From Candidatus Latescibacterota bacterium (GTDB taxonomy: Bacteria > Latescibacterota > UBA2968 > UBA8231), in the NCBI GenBank assembly GCA_965197905.1, contig CBDAOB010000004.1, positions 864,001-928,000 of the forward strand: a stretch of 64,000 nucleotides of DNA, given 5' to 3'. Below are positions 1 to 8,910 of this stretch, piece by piece. Positions within the stretch are counted from its first letter, which is position 1, and each line of letters begins with the position of its first letter. The position numbers and the translations under genes are program-made. Under the pieces are notes generated by a model. That model had not been told where the DNA came from. It did no database searches and saw nothing but the letters and a program-made list of their open reading frames with translations.

Positions 1-790
1 CTCGGTAGTAATCAGAGTCCAGCAGCTGAGCTTTATTGGAGCTTCGTAGCATGCGGCTGGCAAGCCGGAGAAACCCGTCAGTCGATGACGTCGGGGACGC
101 TTCCGACCCTTCTTGCACAAGTCCAGCCGCACGCAATCGAGAAAGGCTGCTCTCATCTTCGACTTGCATTCCTTGAAGAATCGAGCCAAGTAGCTCTAGG
201 TCTGGCGGAGTCAGGTCTGTCTTGCTCGTCTCAGAAAGCGTGTCTTCGATCCTCGAGTCCTGGGCGCGCTTTCGAACCCAAGTAGCGAGGGCCTCTTCAA
301 TCTCCTCCTCGAGTTTCTCGTTGCTCTGGAAGTCTTTGTGGTAGACCCCTTTTGTGCCAATCTCGTTTTTGAACTCAAGGACTCTTGCGAGTTGCTCATC
401 GGGAGCCCCTGCAAGATCTGGAGGAGGTGGACGGAAATACATCATAACCTCTGGCGGGGGTTCCTCAATGCCGCGACGGGAAACAATCCTCTCGTATTCC
501 TCAAGCGTCCCGCTTTCGACAAGGCCAGTGTCGCTACCAAAGCGTACGTGGAGAATGCCGATGAAGGCATGCGCCCTGTCGACCTCGGCGTTGATTACTT
601 CCTGTGCGCGATCTGCCATGCCGACGGGTACATTCTCCCATCCTCGTGGGACTATGGTGATCCCCAAGTCTCTCGAGACCAGACGGTCGATCCGCAGGAC
701 AGCTCGACGTGCAGCGTCTCTCGCGTCCGCTACATCGCTGGGTGACGCGACAAAAACGAGGAGTTCTCTGAGTAGTCGCTCGTCCGCCAT
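1..790 (-). CDS. DUF4062 (TIR-like) domain protein, cassette 4; 3' end runs off the window
   Basis: Hand-translated (absent from the ORF track because it has no stop): ATG at 790 after GAGGAG; MADERLLRELLVFVASPSDV...FIGILHVRFGSDTGLVESGTLEEY, typical DUF4062 motifs. Confidence 0.7.
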   Translation of the reverse strand, partial: MADERLLRELLVFVASPSDVADARDAARRAVLRIDRLVSRDLGITIVPRGWENVPVGMADRAQEVINAEVDRAHAFIGILHVRFGSDTGLVESGTLEEYERIVSRRGIEEPPPEVMMYFRPPPPDLAGAPDEQLARVLEFKNEIGTKGVYHKDFQSNEKLEEEIEEALATWVRKRAQDSRIEDTLSETSKTDLTPPDLELLGSILQGMQVEDESSLSRLRAAGLVQEGSEASPTSSTDGFLRLASRMLRSSNKAQLLDSDYYR

Positions 791-806
791 TGGCTCCTCT
801 TCAGTC

Positions 807-897
807 ACATGACGATTGAACTCAGCGCCGCGCGCAAGAGTGTCCGCTGCAGTGACGCCGTTCACCTTTGCACGGTCTGCTCGATTGCTTGTTAGGG
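807..897 (-). mobile_element. attC site (attC3)
   Basis: Minus strand: CCCTAAC-aagca-ATCGAGC...GCTGAG-ttcaatc-GTCATGT, located between two co-oriented genes; L-box pairing imperfect. Confidence 0.7.
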
Positions 898-909
898 CTC
901 GCTGATCCC

Positions 910-1999
910 CTATGACACCGTTGATCTCACTTTGCGAATGATGAACGCCCCAAATCCACGCTGATAGTCGGACCTTATCGGCTCCAAAGTTAAGAGCGCC
1001 CAATGTGCTGCCGCCGGCAGCGGTGATAGTCGCCTCGCCACCTGCCTCAGCGAGGAATTCATTGACAAGACCGTTGATGTGGAGGCCGTGTGTCCACCAT
1101 TCACGCCCAAAGTTGATGGCGTTGTTCGTGCCGATCACGAACCACGGCCATCGCTCCATCCAAGCCTCAGTCATCTCGGTGTCGGGAATCCGCTCAGGTT
1201 CGGATGCTACTGTGTAGTAAGTCAGTACCAGACCAGTACCCACCCCGTAGGCTATCATCGTGTCACCGATTGCGACCCCTGCAGGTCGTCGTTTCGAAAA
1301 GTGGAGTTCGTCAGGGCTTGCTGAGAAATCCGTTCCCTCAATGATGGGATCATCGCTCACCCCGATCGGTTTGAGCCATATCGTGGAAGATATCTCCTCG
1401 GCAAGCGGCTTGCCACGTGACTCCATCACCTCGTTAAGGTTCAGCTCGATATTCTCAGAAGGTGTTGGCTCTCCGTGTTTCTGCCGATAGTCATCGAGAG
1501 CTTCTAGCATCACGAGCGCATCGTCGACTGATAGGTCAAGATAGTCGGTTGCGTCGGCAATCGTGGACTCAAGGGTCGTCAACGTGTCGGTGTCCTCAAT
1601 CAGAACGCCCCACTCGCGATTCTTGTGGAGTCCAGACTCGGTGAAATTCGCAGAGGTTATTACCGCAGCGAATACGCGGGCACTGTGGCGAAATATATAG
1701 ACCTTTCCATGTAACCGATTGTTGATCGAGACTCGGAGGTTAACATGCCCCAATGCTTGGGCCAAATCCATAAGGGATACGATCGCATCTAGCTTCCGAA
1801 ATTGCTCCTTAGTCCGCGGCTTGAGAGTCGTAATCACGTGAAGATCACGGAGCTGGGTGAGATCGAAACCGCCTAACAGTTCTTTCATATCGGACGCCAG
1901 GAACGGCGACATGAGTGTCATTGATGTCGCTCTCTCGACGAGTCCTGCAAGTTGAGGAAAATGCCCCTCTGTCGCGGTTGAGTTCGTGACGATTCTCAT
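910..1999 (-). CDS. PLD/HKD-family nuclease with a possible PUA/EVE-like C-terminal domain, cassette 3; probable frameshift near 960
   Basis: Hand-translated from ATG 1999: ...MSPFL...NNRLHGKVYIF...VITSANFTESGLHKNREWGV...IWLKPIG...; a natural-looking end (TAG 910-912) lies in another frame. Confidence 0.75.
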
Positions 2000-2012
2000 T
2001 TTTCCCTTGTTG

Positions 2013-2065
2013 TCCGAACGCGGAGTTGAGCGGTGTAACACGTCCGCTCGAACGACTGGTTAGGT
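2013..2065 (-). mobile_element. attC site (attC2, 53 bp)
   Basis: ACCTAAC-cagtc-GTTCGAGCGG...CCGCTCAAC-tccgc-GTTCGGA; L''/L' pair with one extra base. Confidence 0.85.
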
Positions 2066-2090
2066 GGCACCTTCACCTGCGACACTATTC

Positions 2091-2885
2091 CTAGGTCGTC
2101 TTACTATTGATGTAATGCAATAGCGTATGGATAGAATCCAAAGTCAGATCCGCCTCCGGTTTGTCGAGCAGCTGTTCATTCGGATGGGCCAGTGACGCCC
2201 GATTTCGTAAGGGGTTCAATGTATCAATAACAGTCGACAAGGCACGTAGCAAACGCGTAATGTCGTCCGACCTCGGCCCATCAGCTTGCAGGGACGGATG
2301 TGAATCTCGAAGTGCTCGAAATAACCGCGTCACACTTGCTTCCTCAGCGATCTCGATATCGGCATTAACGCAAAGCTCCCGGAGATATCCGTGAAATGCG
2401 GTGTGCGCTCGGTCGACGCCACTTGTAGAGCCGCGCCCTGATATTAGGTGTCGAGCATCGGCTAGGGCTTCCTCAACAGTTCGGGATGTGATTCCCAGGT
2501 GCGGTTCCGCCACAGGTGCTATTGAGCCATCACCCAAGGAAGCCCCTATAGCGATAAATCGAACATCTATAGGGCAAATTTCGTTAAGTGCTGACGAGAT
2601 CTGTTTAAACTCAAAACGGCTAGTCGGCTCGGAATACTTATCTACGAGCTTTGCGTATGTATCGATCGGGAGTTCCGTGTAAAGAACCACAAACTCGTCG
2701 CCGAAGAAATTCTCGCCCTCTCGAAGTTCGAATTGCATGGATTCGAACATCTCTGATGCTTCGAAATTGCCGCGCGCTTTTAACAATTGCAGCACGCCGT
2801 TTCGAAACGATTTCCAATTATTCGAAAATGCCAGATCTCCGATACTGTAATCTTGAGCTCCACTACCCGAGACTAGCGTGAACAT
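2091..2885 (-). CDS. Abortive infection family protein (Abi_C-type C-terminus), cassette 2
   Basis: VDRAHTAFHGYL...LNPLRNRASLAHPNE motif; bounded by matching GTTAGGTGGC / GCCACCTAAC cores. Confidence 0.75.
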   Translation of the reverse strand: MFTLVSGSGAQDYSIGDLAFSNNWKSFRNGVLQLLKARGNFEASEMFESMQFELREGENFFGDEFVVLYTELPIDTYAKLVDKYSEPTSRFEFKQISSALNEICPIDVRFIAIGASLGDGSIAPVAEPHLGITSRTVEEALADARHLISGRGSTSGVDRAHTAFHGYLRELCVNADIEIAEEASVTRLFRALRDSHPSLQADGPRSDDITRLLRALSTVIDTLNPLRNRASLAHPNEQLLDKPEADLTLDSIHTLLHYINSKTT

Positions 2886-2911
2886 CGGTTAATTCCTGAT
2901 GTGACCGCGCC

Positions 2912-3029
2912 ACCTAACGCAGTGATGACCTGCGCGGAACGACCAATCGTCTTTGAGCCCGTGGTTGCAGTCGAGCATCCCAGCAGCTTCAACCTCAGTG
3001 TCAATAGTCTGGTCCATCCCCTGTCATGC
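2912..3029 (-). mobile_element. attC site (attC1, 118 bp, R'' = GCATGAC)
   Basis: GCATGAC-agggg-ATGGACC...GGTCAT-cactgc-GTTAGGT; L boxes pair with one extra G. Confidence 0.8.
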
Positions 3030-3086
3030 AATGTAGGACGCCCCGCGGGAGTGTCTCTGTGCTCGGAGGATCCGTGGCAGGCCGTT

Positions 3087-3650
3087 CTATCCGTCTTCTG
3101 CCTTCGGAAGGCCGTCGCTCATCTTCGACTTTTCTGACTTTGTCAGGCTGAACACCTGCTTGAACAGCGTCTCGAGCTTCTCTACGGCCTCCCGGGAGAA
3201 CATGCCGACCAAGCCTGCTAGACCTGCCAGCCCGTAAATGTTCAGCTTCTCTACCTCTACGTTGGTCGTCAGGATTCCACCTCTGATGATCAGGTAGACG
3301 ATGACTGAGAGCGCCGAGCTGATAACTGGCCGTAGCATGTACCACCACGCCCACCGACTGACCAGAGCGTTGTTCCCGACATACCTGATGAAGGAACTCC
3401 CCGTCTCAACAAAACTGCCCAGTGATCCCATTAGCAGTATTATCAAGAGGTAGCTGACTTCGGCGTCCACCTGCCATCGGTCTGGCATGGCACCATTGTT
3501 TGAAGTGCCTTGCTTGGGCCACAGATGCACAAGGCAGTAGAGCGATGCTGCGTACACAACAAGGAGATAGGTACCGACCAGTAAAATCGTAACCCAATGG
3601 TTGGTGGGAGGATTTTCCGTATTGCCGTCGTTACTTGGTCGATCTTTCAT
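3087..3650 (-). CDS. Hypothetical membrane protein (about 4 TM), cassette 1 gene 2
   Basis: 187-aa ORF, GGAGG RBS, four hydrophobic segments. Confidence 0.7.
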   Translation of the reverse strand: MKDRPSNDGNTENPPTNHWVTILLVGTYLLVVYAASLYCLVHLWPKQGTSNNGAMPDRWQVDAEVSYLLIILLMGSLGSFVETGSSFIRYVGNNALVSRWAWWYMLRPVISSALSVIVYLIIRGGILTTNVEVEKLNIYGLAGLAGLVGMFSREAVEKLETLFKQVFSLTKSEKSKMSDGLPKAEDG

Positions 3651-3760
3651 GTGGGACCTCCATCTCGCCTACGCATCCGCCGTTGACGCACCCGTCAGGC
3701 TATAGCCTCCCTCTCGGCCGGCATCGCATTCACCCGTTCCCCACTTCGAACGAGGCAAGG

Positions 3761-4342
3761 TCATCCGGTCGTTGAGTCCATTCTCCGTTCCCAGTGTCTC
3801 ATATGTACCCTTGGATCTACTGCGTCCACGAGGCGTGCTCGGGCATGGACAGTCACCAGACCTATGACCAAAGCAAGGAAACACCATACAAGCGAGTCCA
3901 TGTCAAGGCCCTCGAGGCGGACAATGGGAAGCTGCGGAGTCACCGTTGCAAGCCCGACAAGAGATGCTACGTTGAGACCTACGGAGCTCAGGACAAAGGC
4001 CGAAGCTGGAGTCCCGAGACTGCGGTAGGTGTGAGTTGATTGATATCTAGACCACTCCGCCTCCCAGCCCAGCCCGGGAACGTGTGGTTCGATGAACAAC
4101 TGGATGTACCGACCGACTCGGAACATCCCGTGGTACAACCCCACCACGTGGTACATGCAGGATATCACTATGAAAGGAACGACGAGAAAGACCCATCGGT
4201 TGTCTTGATCGGCCGCGTACGCAAGTCCCGCACTGCTGGCCACCAGCATCAATCCCTGCACTTGCAGAACCATTGTTTGCTTGCTCACGATCTCTTGGCG
4301 TAGGGCCTGATACTCGGCCAGTCTAGCGTCCATTTCTTCCAA
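3761..4342 (-). CDS. Hypothetical membrane protein (about 4 TM), cassette 1 gene 1
   Basis: 193-aa ORF; EYQALRQEI followed by hydrophobic helices. Confidence 0.7.
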   Translation of the reverse strand: MEEMDARLAEYQALRQEIVSKQTMVLQVQGLMLVASSAGLAYAADQDNRWVFLVVPFIVISCMYHVVGLYHGMFRVGRYIQLFIEPHVPGLGWEAEWSRYQSTHTYRSLGTPASAFVLSSVGLNVASLVGLATVTPQLPIVRLEGLDMDSLVWCFLALVIGLVTVHARARLVDAVDPRVHMRHWERRMDSTTG

Positions 4343-4430
4343 GCGTCACCTATCCATCAGCGATCACCTCGCCGCTCCAAGCCTCGGTTGGGCTTCCTTG
4401 TGTATGGGTGTCCTGCCAACTGGCCCCCAC

Positions 4431-4449
4431 GCATGACTAGTGATTGTGC
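4431..4449 (-). mobile_element. attI-like site heading the array
   Basis: GCACAA-tcacta-GTCATGC; its core is the exact complement of the R'' of attC1; no long hairpin. Confidence 0.5.
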
Positions 4450-4690
4450 TGCGTAAATCCCGGCACTATCCTGTCGTAGCCGCCAGAGATGCCTGCACAA
4501 CTAACCTGGTTGAATAAATGCGCAATGGCATATACGAATACATTACCGAATTCGGCATTCCTCAACAAGCAGCGTTTCTCCGCGCGAAGGTTTCGTCATC
4601 GTCGTATTATCTGCCGTTGAGTCCAAGAGTAGAATTCACACAAGTCCTTGATGGCCTGCTTGTAGGGTCATAGCTCTCCGAAGAATCGTA

Positions 4691-5221
4691 ATGACCACTA
4701 CCGACGTCGACATCCGACCCCTCGAACTCTCCGACGCCCCCGCCGTCCAGCGCTACGCCTCCGACCAACGGGTTGCCCGCACCACCACTATCCCTCGACC
4801 CTACCCCGAAGACGGCGGCGAGCAATTCGTCAAGAAATGCCTAGGTGCCCACGAACAAGGCCGGCTGTTTCCGTTCGCCATCCTTGCCGACGAGGAAATG
4901 ATCGGTGTACTTGAACTGAAGGTGGTAAAGGGCCAGTACCGCACCGTCCAGTGCGACTACGGCATCGCCTCTTCCCACTGGGGCAAGGGTATTACGACCC
5001 GGGCCGTCGGCCTCGCCCTGACCTACGCGTTCCAGGAACTCGACATGGCGACCGTGAACTCGGGTTGTCTCGCGCGCAATCCCGCGTCGGCCCGCGTTTT
5101 GGAAAAGAACGGATTCACGGAGATCGGCCAGTTCATCTACAACTCACCCAAATTCAAGGATGAGCCCGCTCGTCGTTTCCGTCTCACCAAACAGGAATGG
5201 CTGCAACGAAACCCGGAGTAG
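4691..5221 (+). CDS. GNAT N-acetyltransferase (RimJ/RimL type)
   Basis: YGIASSHWGKGITT and NPASARVLEKNGF motifs. Confidence 0.9.
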   Translation: MTTTDVDIRPLELSDAPAVQRYASDQRVARTTTIPRPYPEDGGEQFVKKCLGAHEQGRLFPFAILADEEMIGVLELKVVKGQYRTVQCDYGIASSHWGKGITTRAVGLALTYAFQELDMATVNSGCLARNPASARVLEKNGFTEIGQFIYNSPKFKDEPARRFRLTKQEWLQRNPE

Positions 5222-5228
5222 TAGAAAG

Positions 5229-5762
5229 ATGCTGACCATCCGCCCGATCGATCCCGAAGAGGATCGTGACACCCTGCTCGAACTGCACTGTATGGGCAAC
5301 TACGACAGCGAAACGCCGTGGGCGCGGACGATCTCCTACGACGACTACCGCGAGAAATGGCTGAGCACGGAGCAGACCGATTCCTTCCTGACCCATCTGT
5401 CCCAATCCATGGAGGATGAGCGCACCATCGCCTCCATCTGGGAGGAGGGCGGTCTCGTGGTCGGTTTCGTCTGGGTTGCTATTCGAGAGGTGGAGGGTTA
5501 CGACGTGACCATTGCGGAGATCAACGACATCGCCGTGAGCGAATCCCATCGCCGCCGGGGCATCGGCACCGAGATCCTCGAGCACGTAGAAGCGCTGGCC
5601 AGGGAACGCGGCGCCGATCTGTTGCGCTCCGATACCGGCATCGAGAACCTCGCCTCCGACCGGCTCCATACCAAGGCCGGCTTCAAACCGATCCGCACCG
5701 AATACGAGAAGGTGCTGACGCCGCCGCCCATGGCGAGAAGCGTGTGCAACCCCTCCTCATAG
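5229..5762 (+). CDS. GNAT N-acetyltransferase
   Basis: IAVSESHRRRGIGT acetyl-CoA motif; ATG 5229 chosen over 5160, which overlaps the upstream gene. Confidence 0.85.
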   Translation: MLTIRPIDPEEDRDTLLELHCMGNYDSETPWARTISYDDYREKWLSTEQTDSFLTHLSQSMEDERTIASIWEEGGLVVGFVWVAIREVEGYDVTIAEINDIAVSESHRRRGIGTEILEHVEALARERGADLLRSDTGIENLASDRLHTKAGFKPIRTEYEKVLTPPPMARSVCNPSS

Positions 5763-5779
5763 CCGCGTGACGCCGCCGT

Positions 5780-6818
5780 GCCCTCCAATCCTACGACGCC
5801 CTGCTCGACGGCATTGACGAGATCATCGACGCCCAGAAGGATCTCGGCACCCAGGCGCGTGGCCGCCGCCTCGCCCGCAGCTACTGGGAGATCGGCGACG
5901 CCATCCACGTCCACCTGCTCGCCAACGAAGGCAAATCGACCTACGGCGAGCGTTTCTTCACCCGCCTTTCAAATGATCTAAACTTAGACCAGTCATTAGT
6001 TTATAACATGATCCGTTTTCGTCGGTGCCAAATTTGGAATCAATTCCAAAATTGAGCTGGACCCATTACGTCCAGATCATCTCCCTCAAGTCGGGTCGAC
6101 AGCGCGAATTCTACGAACGCGCCGCCGCCGAATCGAGCTGGACCGTGCGCGAGCTCAAGGAACAAATGAAGGCCGACCTTTTCGCCGATGCTCGCCAGGT
6201 ACGTTCCGTCGCCTTCCGACCCGGCGGCGAGCACCAAGGGTGCGCCTCACGCCGCGAAAAGGCGAGCTCTACACCTACCGCCTGATTCCGTCACTGCCTG
6301 GACAGGCGCAAGATCTCGCCGTCGATCTGGGATTTGACAACCATTGGCTAGGACCGATCCGGGATATCACCGCTCCCCGGGTCGGCATGATCGTTGCGGC
6401 CGAAAAAAGCAGAGGCGGCAGCCAGCCGCGCTACCACTTCTCCGTCAACCGGCGCCGCGGCCGCAAACTCTACACCGTCAAAGCCCTCTGCGAGCGTGTC
6501 ATCGACGGCGACACCATCCTCGCCCGCATCGATCAGGGGTTCCACATGTGGCATGCCGCGCGCTTGCGGCTGCGCGGCATCGACACCCCCGAGCTCTACT
6601 CCAGCGCCGGCCGCCGGGCGCGCGAATTCGTGCAGGCAACAATGGATCAGTGCGACTTCGTCGTCATCTGCACCGCTAGCCGCGACAAATACGGCCGTTA
6701 TCTCACCGACCTGTTCTACCTGCCGGGTGCGACCCACCCCGCCGACGTACTGCGCGATGGATTCTTCCTCAACCTTGAGTTGATTGATCGCGGACACGCG
6801 CGTCCATACGCTCCGTAG
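5780..6818 (+). pseudogene. DUF1016/YhcG N-terminal domain joined to a thermonuclease (SNase) domain; frameshifts near 6025 and 6240, start not evident
   Basis: SYWEIG...TYGE...LSWTHY...REFYE...WTVREL, then RVIDGDT...RLRGIDTPE...DKYGRYL. Confidence 0.7.
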
Positions 6819-6964
6819 AAAAAGCGTCGAAGCCGCGCAGTGCGGGATGGATTTCGGTTGAACGGGATATAGGAGCTGGGGCACAGCGGCACAGGTACAC
6901 TTCACCCACGCGTGCGTGACAAAATCAGGCGTAGGCGAATTCCGCTTGGAGATGTGGCCGCGCC

Positions 6965-7085
6965 GATGCGATGGGTGGCGCGACCACCGGCGTGGGGTGC
7001 CAACACCCCGTTATAGCGAATCAGATTCAGCCGCGGCGGCGGTACCAAAGCGGCGAGTTTCTCGATGAGTTCGAGGGGGGAAGCA
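6965..7085 (-). mobile_element. IS91-family (Y2 rolling-circle) transposase remnant
   Basis: PLELIEKLAALVPPPRLNLIRYNGVLAP. Confidence 0.8.
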
Positions 7086-7264
7086 TCACGTGGGTGCTGC
7101 CGGGGCTGGTCGTCGGTCGCGCGGGTGTTGGAAACAACGATACGGCCGCGATGTATCCACTGTAATGGTGGCGTCTCCTTGCCCGTGTGGCATTTTGGGG
7201 TGCTCGCTAACACCCAGGATACGCCGCCATTACACGACTTTCGGTTATACCCCCGGTCAGCAAG

Positions 7265-8289
7265 TTACGGGATTCTCACTCCCCTTCCTGATTGATAGAC
7301 AACAGCCTGAAATAGCGGCGAGTCCCAGATGTTGTCGAAATCTGGATCGACGGTCGCAAGGTAACGACAATATTCCTTTTGCTCAATTGACTTCGCCAAG
7401 CACGCCAATGCTTCCTGCAGGCTGTGCATCTTCGAATGGGCACACGCAAGGTTGTAATTGAACATGTGAAAATCATTCTTCTCTTTAAGCCGCTCAAAGA
7501 CGTCGATCGCTTCTTGTGGTCGATCAAGCTTAATGAGCGCGACGCCTTGTTCCTTTCGCAGTAGCTCGTGCTGAGGGTATAAATCTAATCCTCTTATACA
7601 CACACATCAAGACATTCCAGGTAGCACTGATGTTGTTCAATGCCCTCATCTCCGGCCTCACCCCTCAAGAAATACATATCAGCCAATGCAAAAAAGTCTT
7701 CGGCGGTCGGATTCTTCTTCTTAAGTTTGTTTTTGTAGCGTTTTATGCGCTCATCAAATTCAGCTATTGATAAAGATTTCTTGTCTGTGTATTTCCTCAG
7801 TAGTGTGGCTCGATGCTTGCTGATTGCTCCAAAGCGAATCAGTTGGGCGTGCATTTCCGTTCTCTCGTTGCTGCTTTCTTTGTGTAGGTGCTTGAATATT
7901 GCGTTTTCCATGGCGCTGGTAATTCTCTTGCAAACAGCCGGCGTTAGCTGCTTCCTGTATTTTATTGCCTGGTAGTTGGATATCATGCCAGGAATGCGTT
8001 GCGAGGTTGGAATAACAATTAGTAAAGGTTTTCCAAGGGCTACGACCTGCCCGGTTTCATACATCACATTAGGGTTGCAGTCTTCTAGGAAGGAAATAGA
8101 AACCAGACACCTGCGAATAGTGGCGTGGATCTCATCAAGCCAAATCTCACCTCCCTGGATTTTCATATAGGTTCCAAGGGAGAATTTTGGGAATGCGGTT
8201 CTGATTGCAGGACCCAACTCATTCGCAATGAACGTCTTGAACTTAACTTCATCAGGCATAGAAACGAAAATTTTTCGATGTTCTAGCAT
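7265..8289 (-). CDS. NDT/TIR-like N-terminal domain plus TPR protein, AT-rich, frameshift near 7600
   Basis: KIFVSMP...NPNVMYETG...ALGKPLL; C-terminal YNLACAHS...ALACLAKSIE...DPDFDNI. Confidence 0.65.
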
Positions 8290-8669
8290 GATTCAGTTCT
8301 CACATTACCATAATGTTCAGAATTGATGAAATTTTCGCCCTCAGTGGCAATTGTTCGCCAATATCTGTATGACTTCGAGTCGGTCGCCTTCATTCTTTGT
8401 TCGCGCCTAAGTCCTGTCTTCAAATCAATCCCCCTCTAATTGCCGTCGGAGTACCATATCTTTGTCGAACAGGTTCTCGATGGTGGTGTTTGTGCCTACC
8501 TCGGTGGTCGGGTTGGCGACAGCGGGAGTGGCCTGCGTCCGTTAACGCTCATTGCCAACACGCTCATCGGCGAAGATAATAGCAATTATCGATGCGTTTG
8601 TGAAGCAGAAAATTATGTTATGCGAATTTTATTCGGACTTGTAGGTTTTTCTTCGCCGGTTTTTGACAG

Positions 8670-8795
8670 ACTGCCCGGACAGGCGCAAGATCTCATAGTC
8701 GGTCTGGGATTTGACAACCGTTGGATACGCCCGAGCCCCGGGCTGGCACGATCGTCACCGCCACGAAAAGTAAAGTCAGCAGCCAGCCGCGCTAC
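8670..8795 (+). repeat. Degenerate copy of 6293-6434 (thermonuclease-gene fragment)
   Basis: First 55 nt match at 49 positions; both end in GCAGCCAGCCGCGCTAC. Confidence 0.85.
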
Positions 8796-8910
8796 TGACG
8801 ATTCGCCCGGTCGAACCTGGGCGGGATCGACCGCCGGCAATTCGCCCGGTGAGTCCAACCTGAAAAAGCTTCTCGCAATATGGCACACAACTCGCGCGAA
8901 CCACATCGCT

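Noticed and set aside
3651..3760. attC between the two membrane-protein genes
   Set aside because: No R''/R' pair or L-box hairpin found
7205..7250. Complete attC site
   Set aside because: Only 46 bp with no L''/L' pairing; kept only as a possible collapsed site
8575..8590. Fur box (GATAAT-agca-ATTATC)
   Set aside because: Spacing differs from the Fur consensus and no iron genes are nearby; it fits the ori-like motif at least as well
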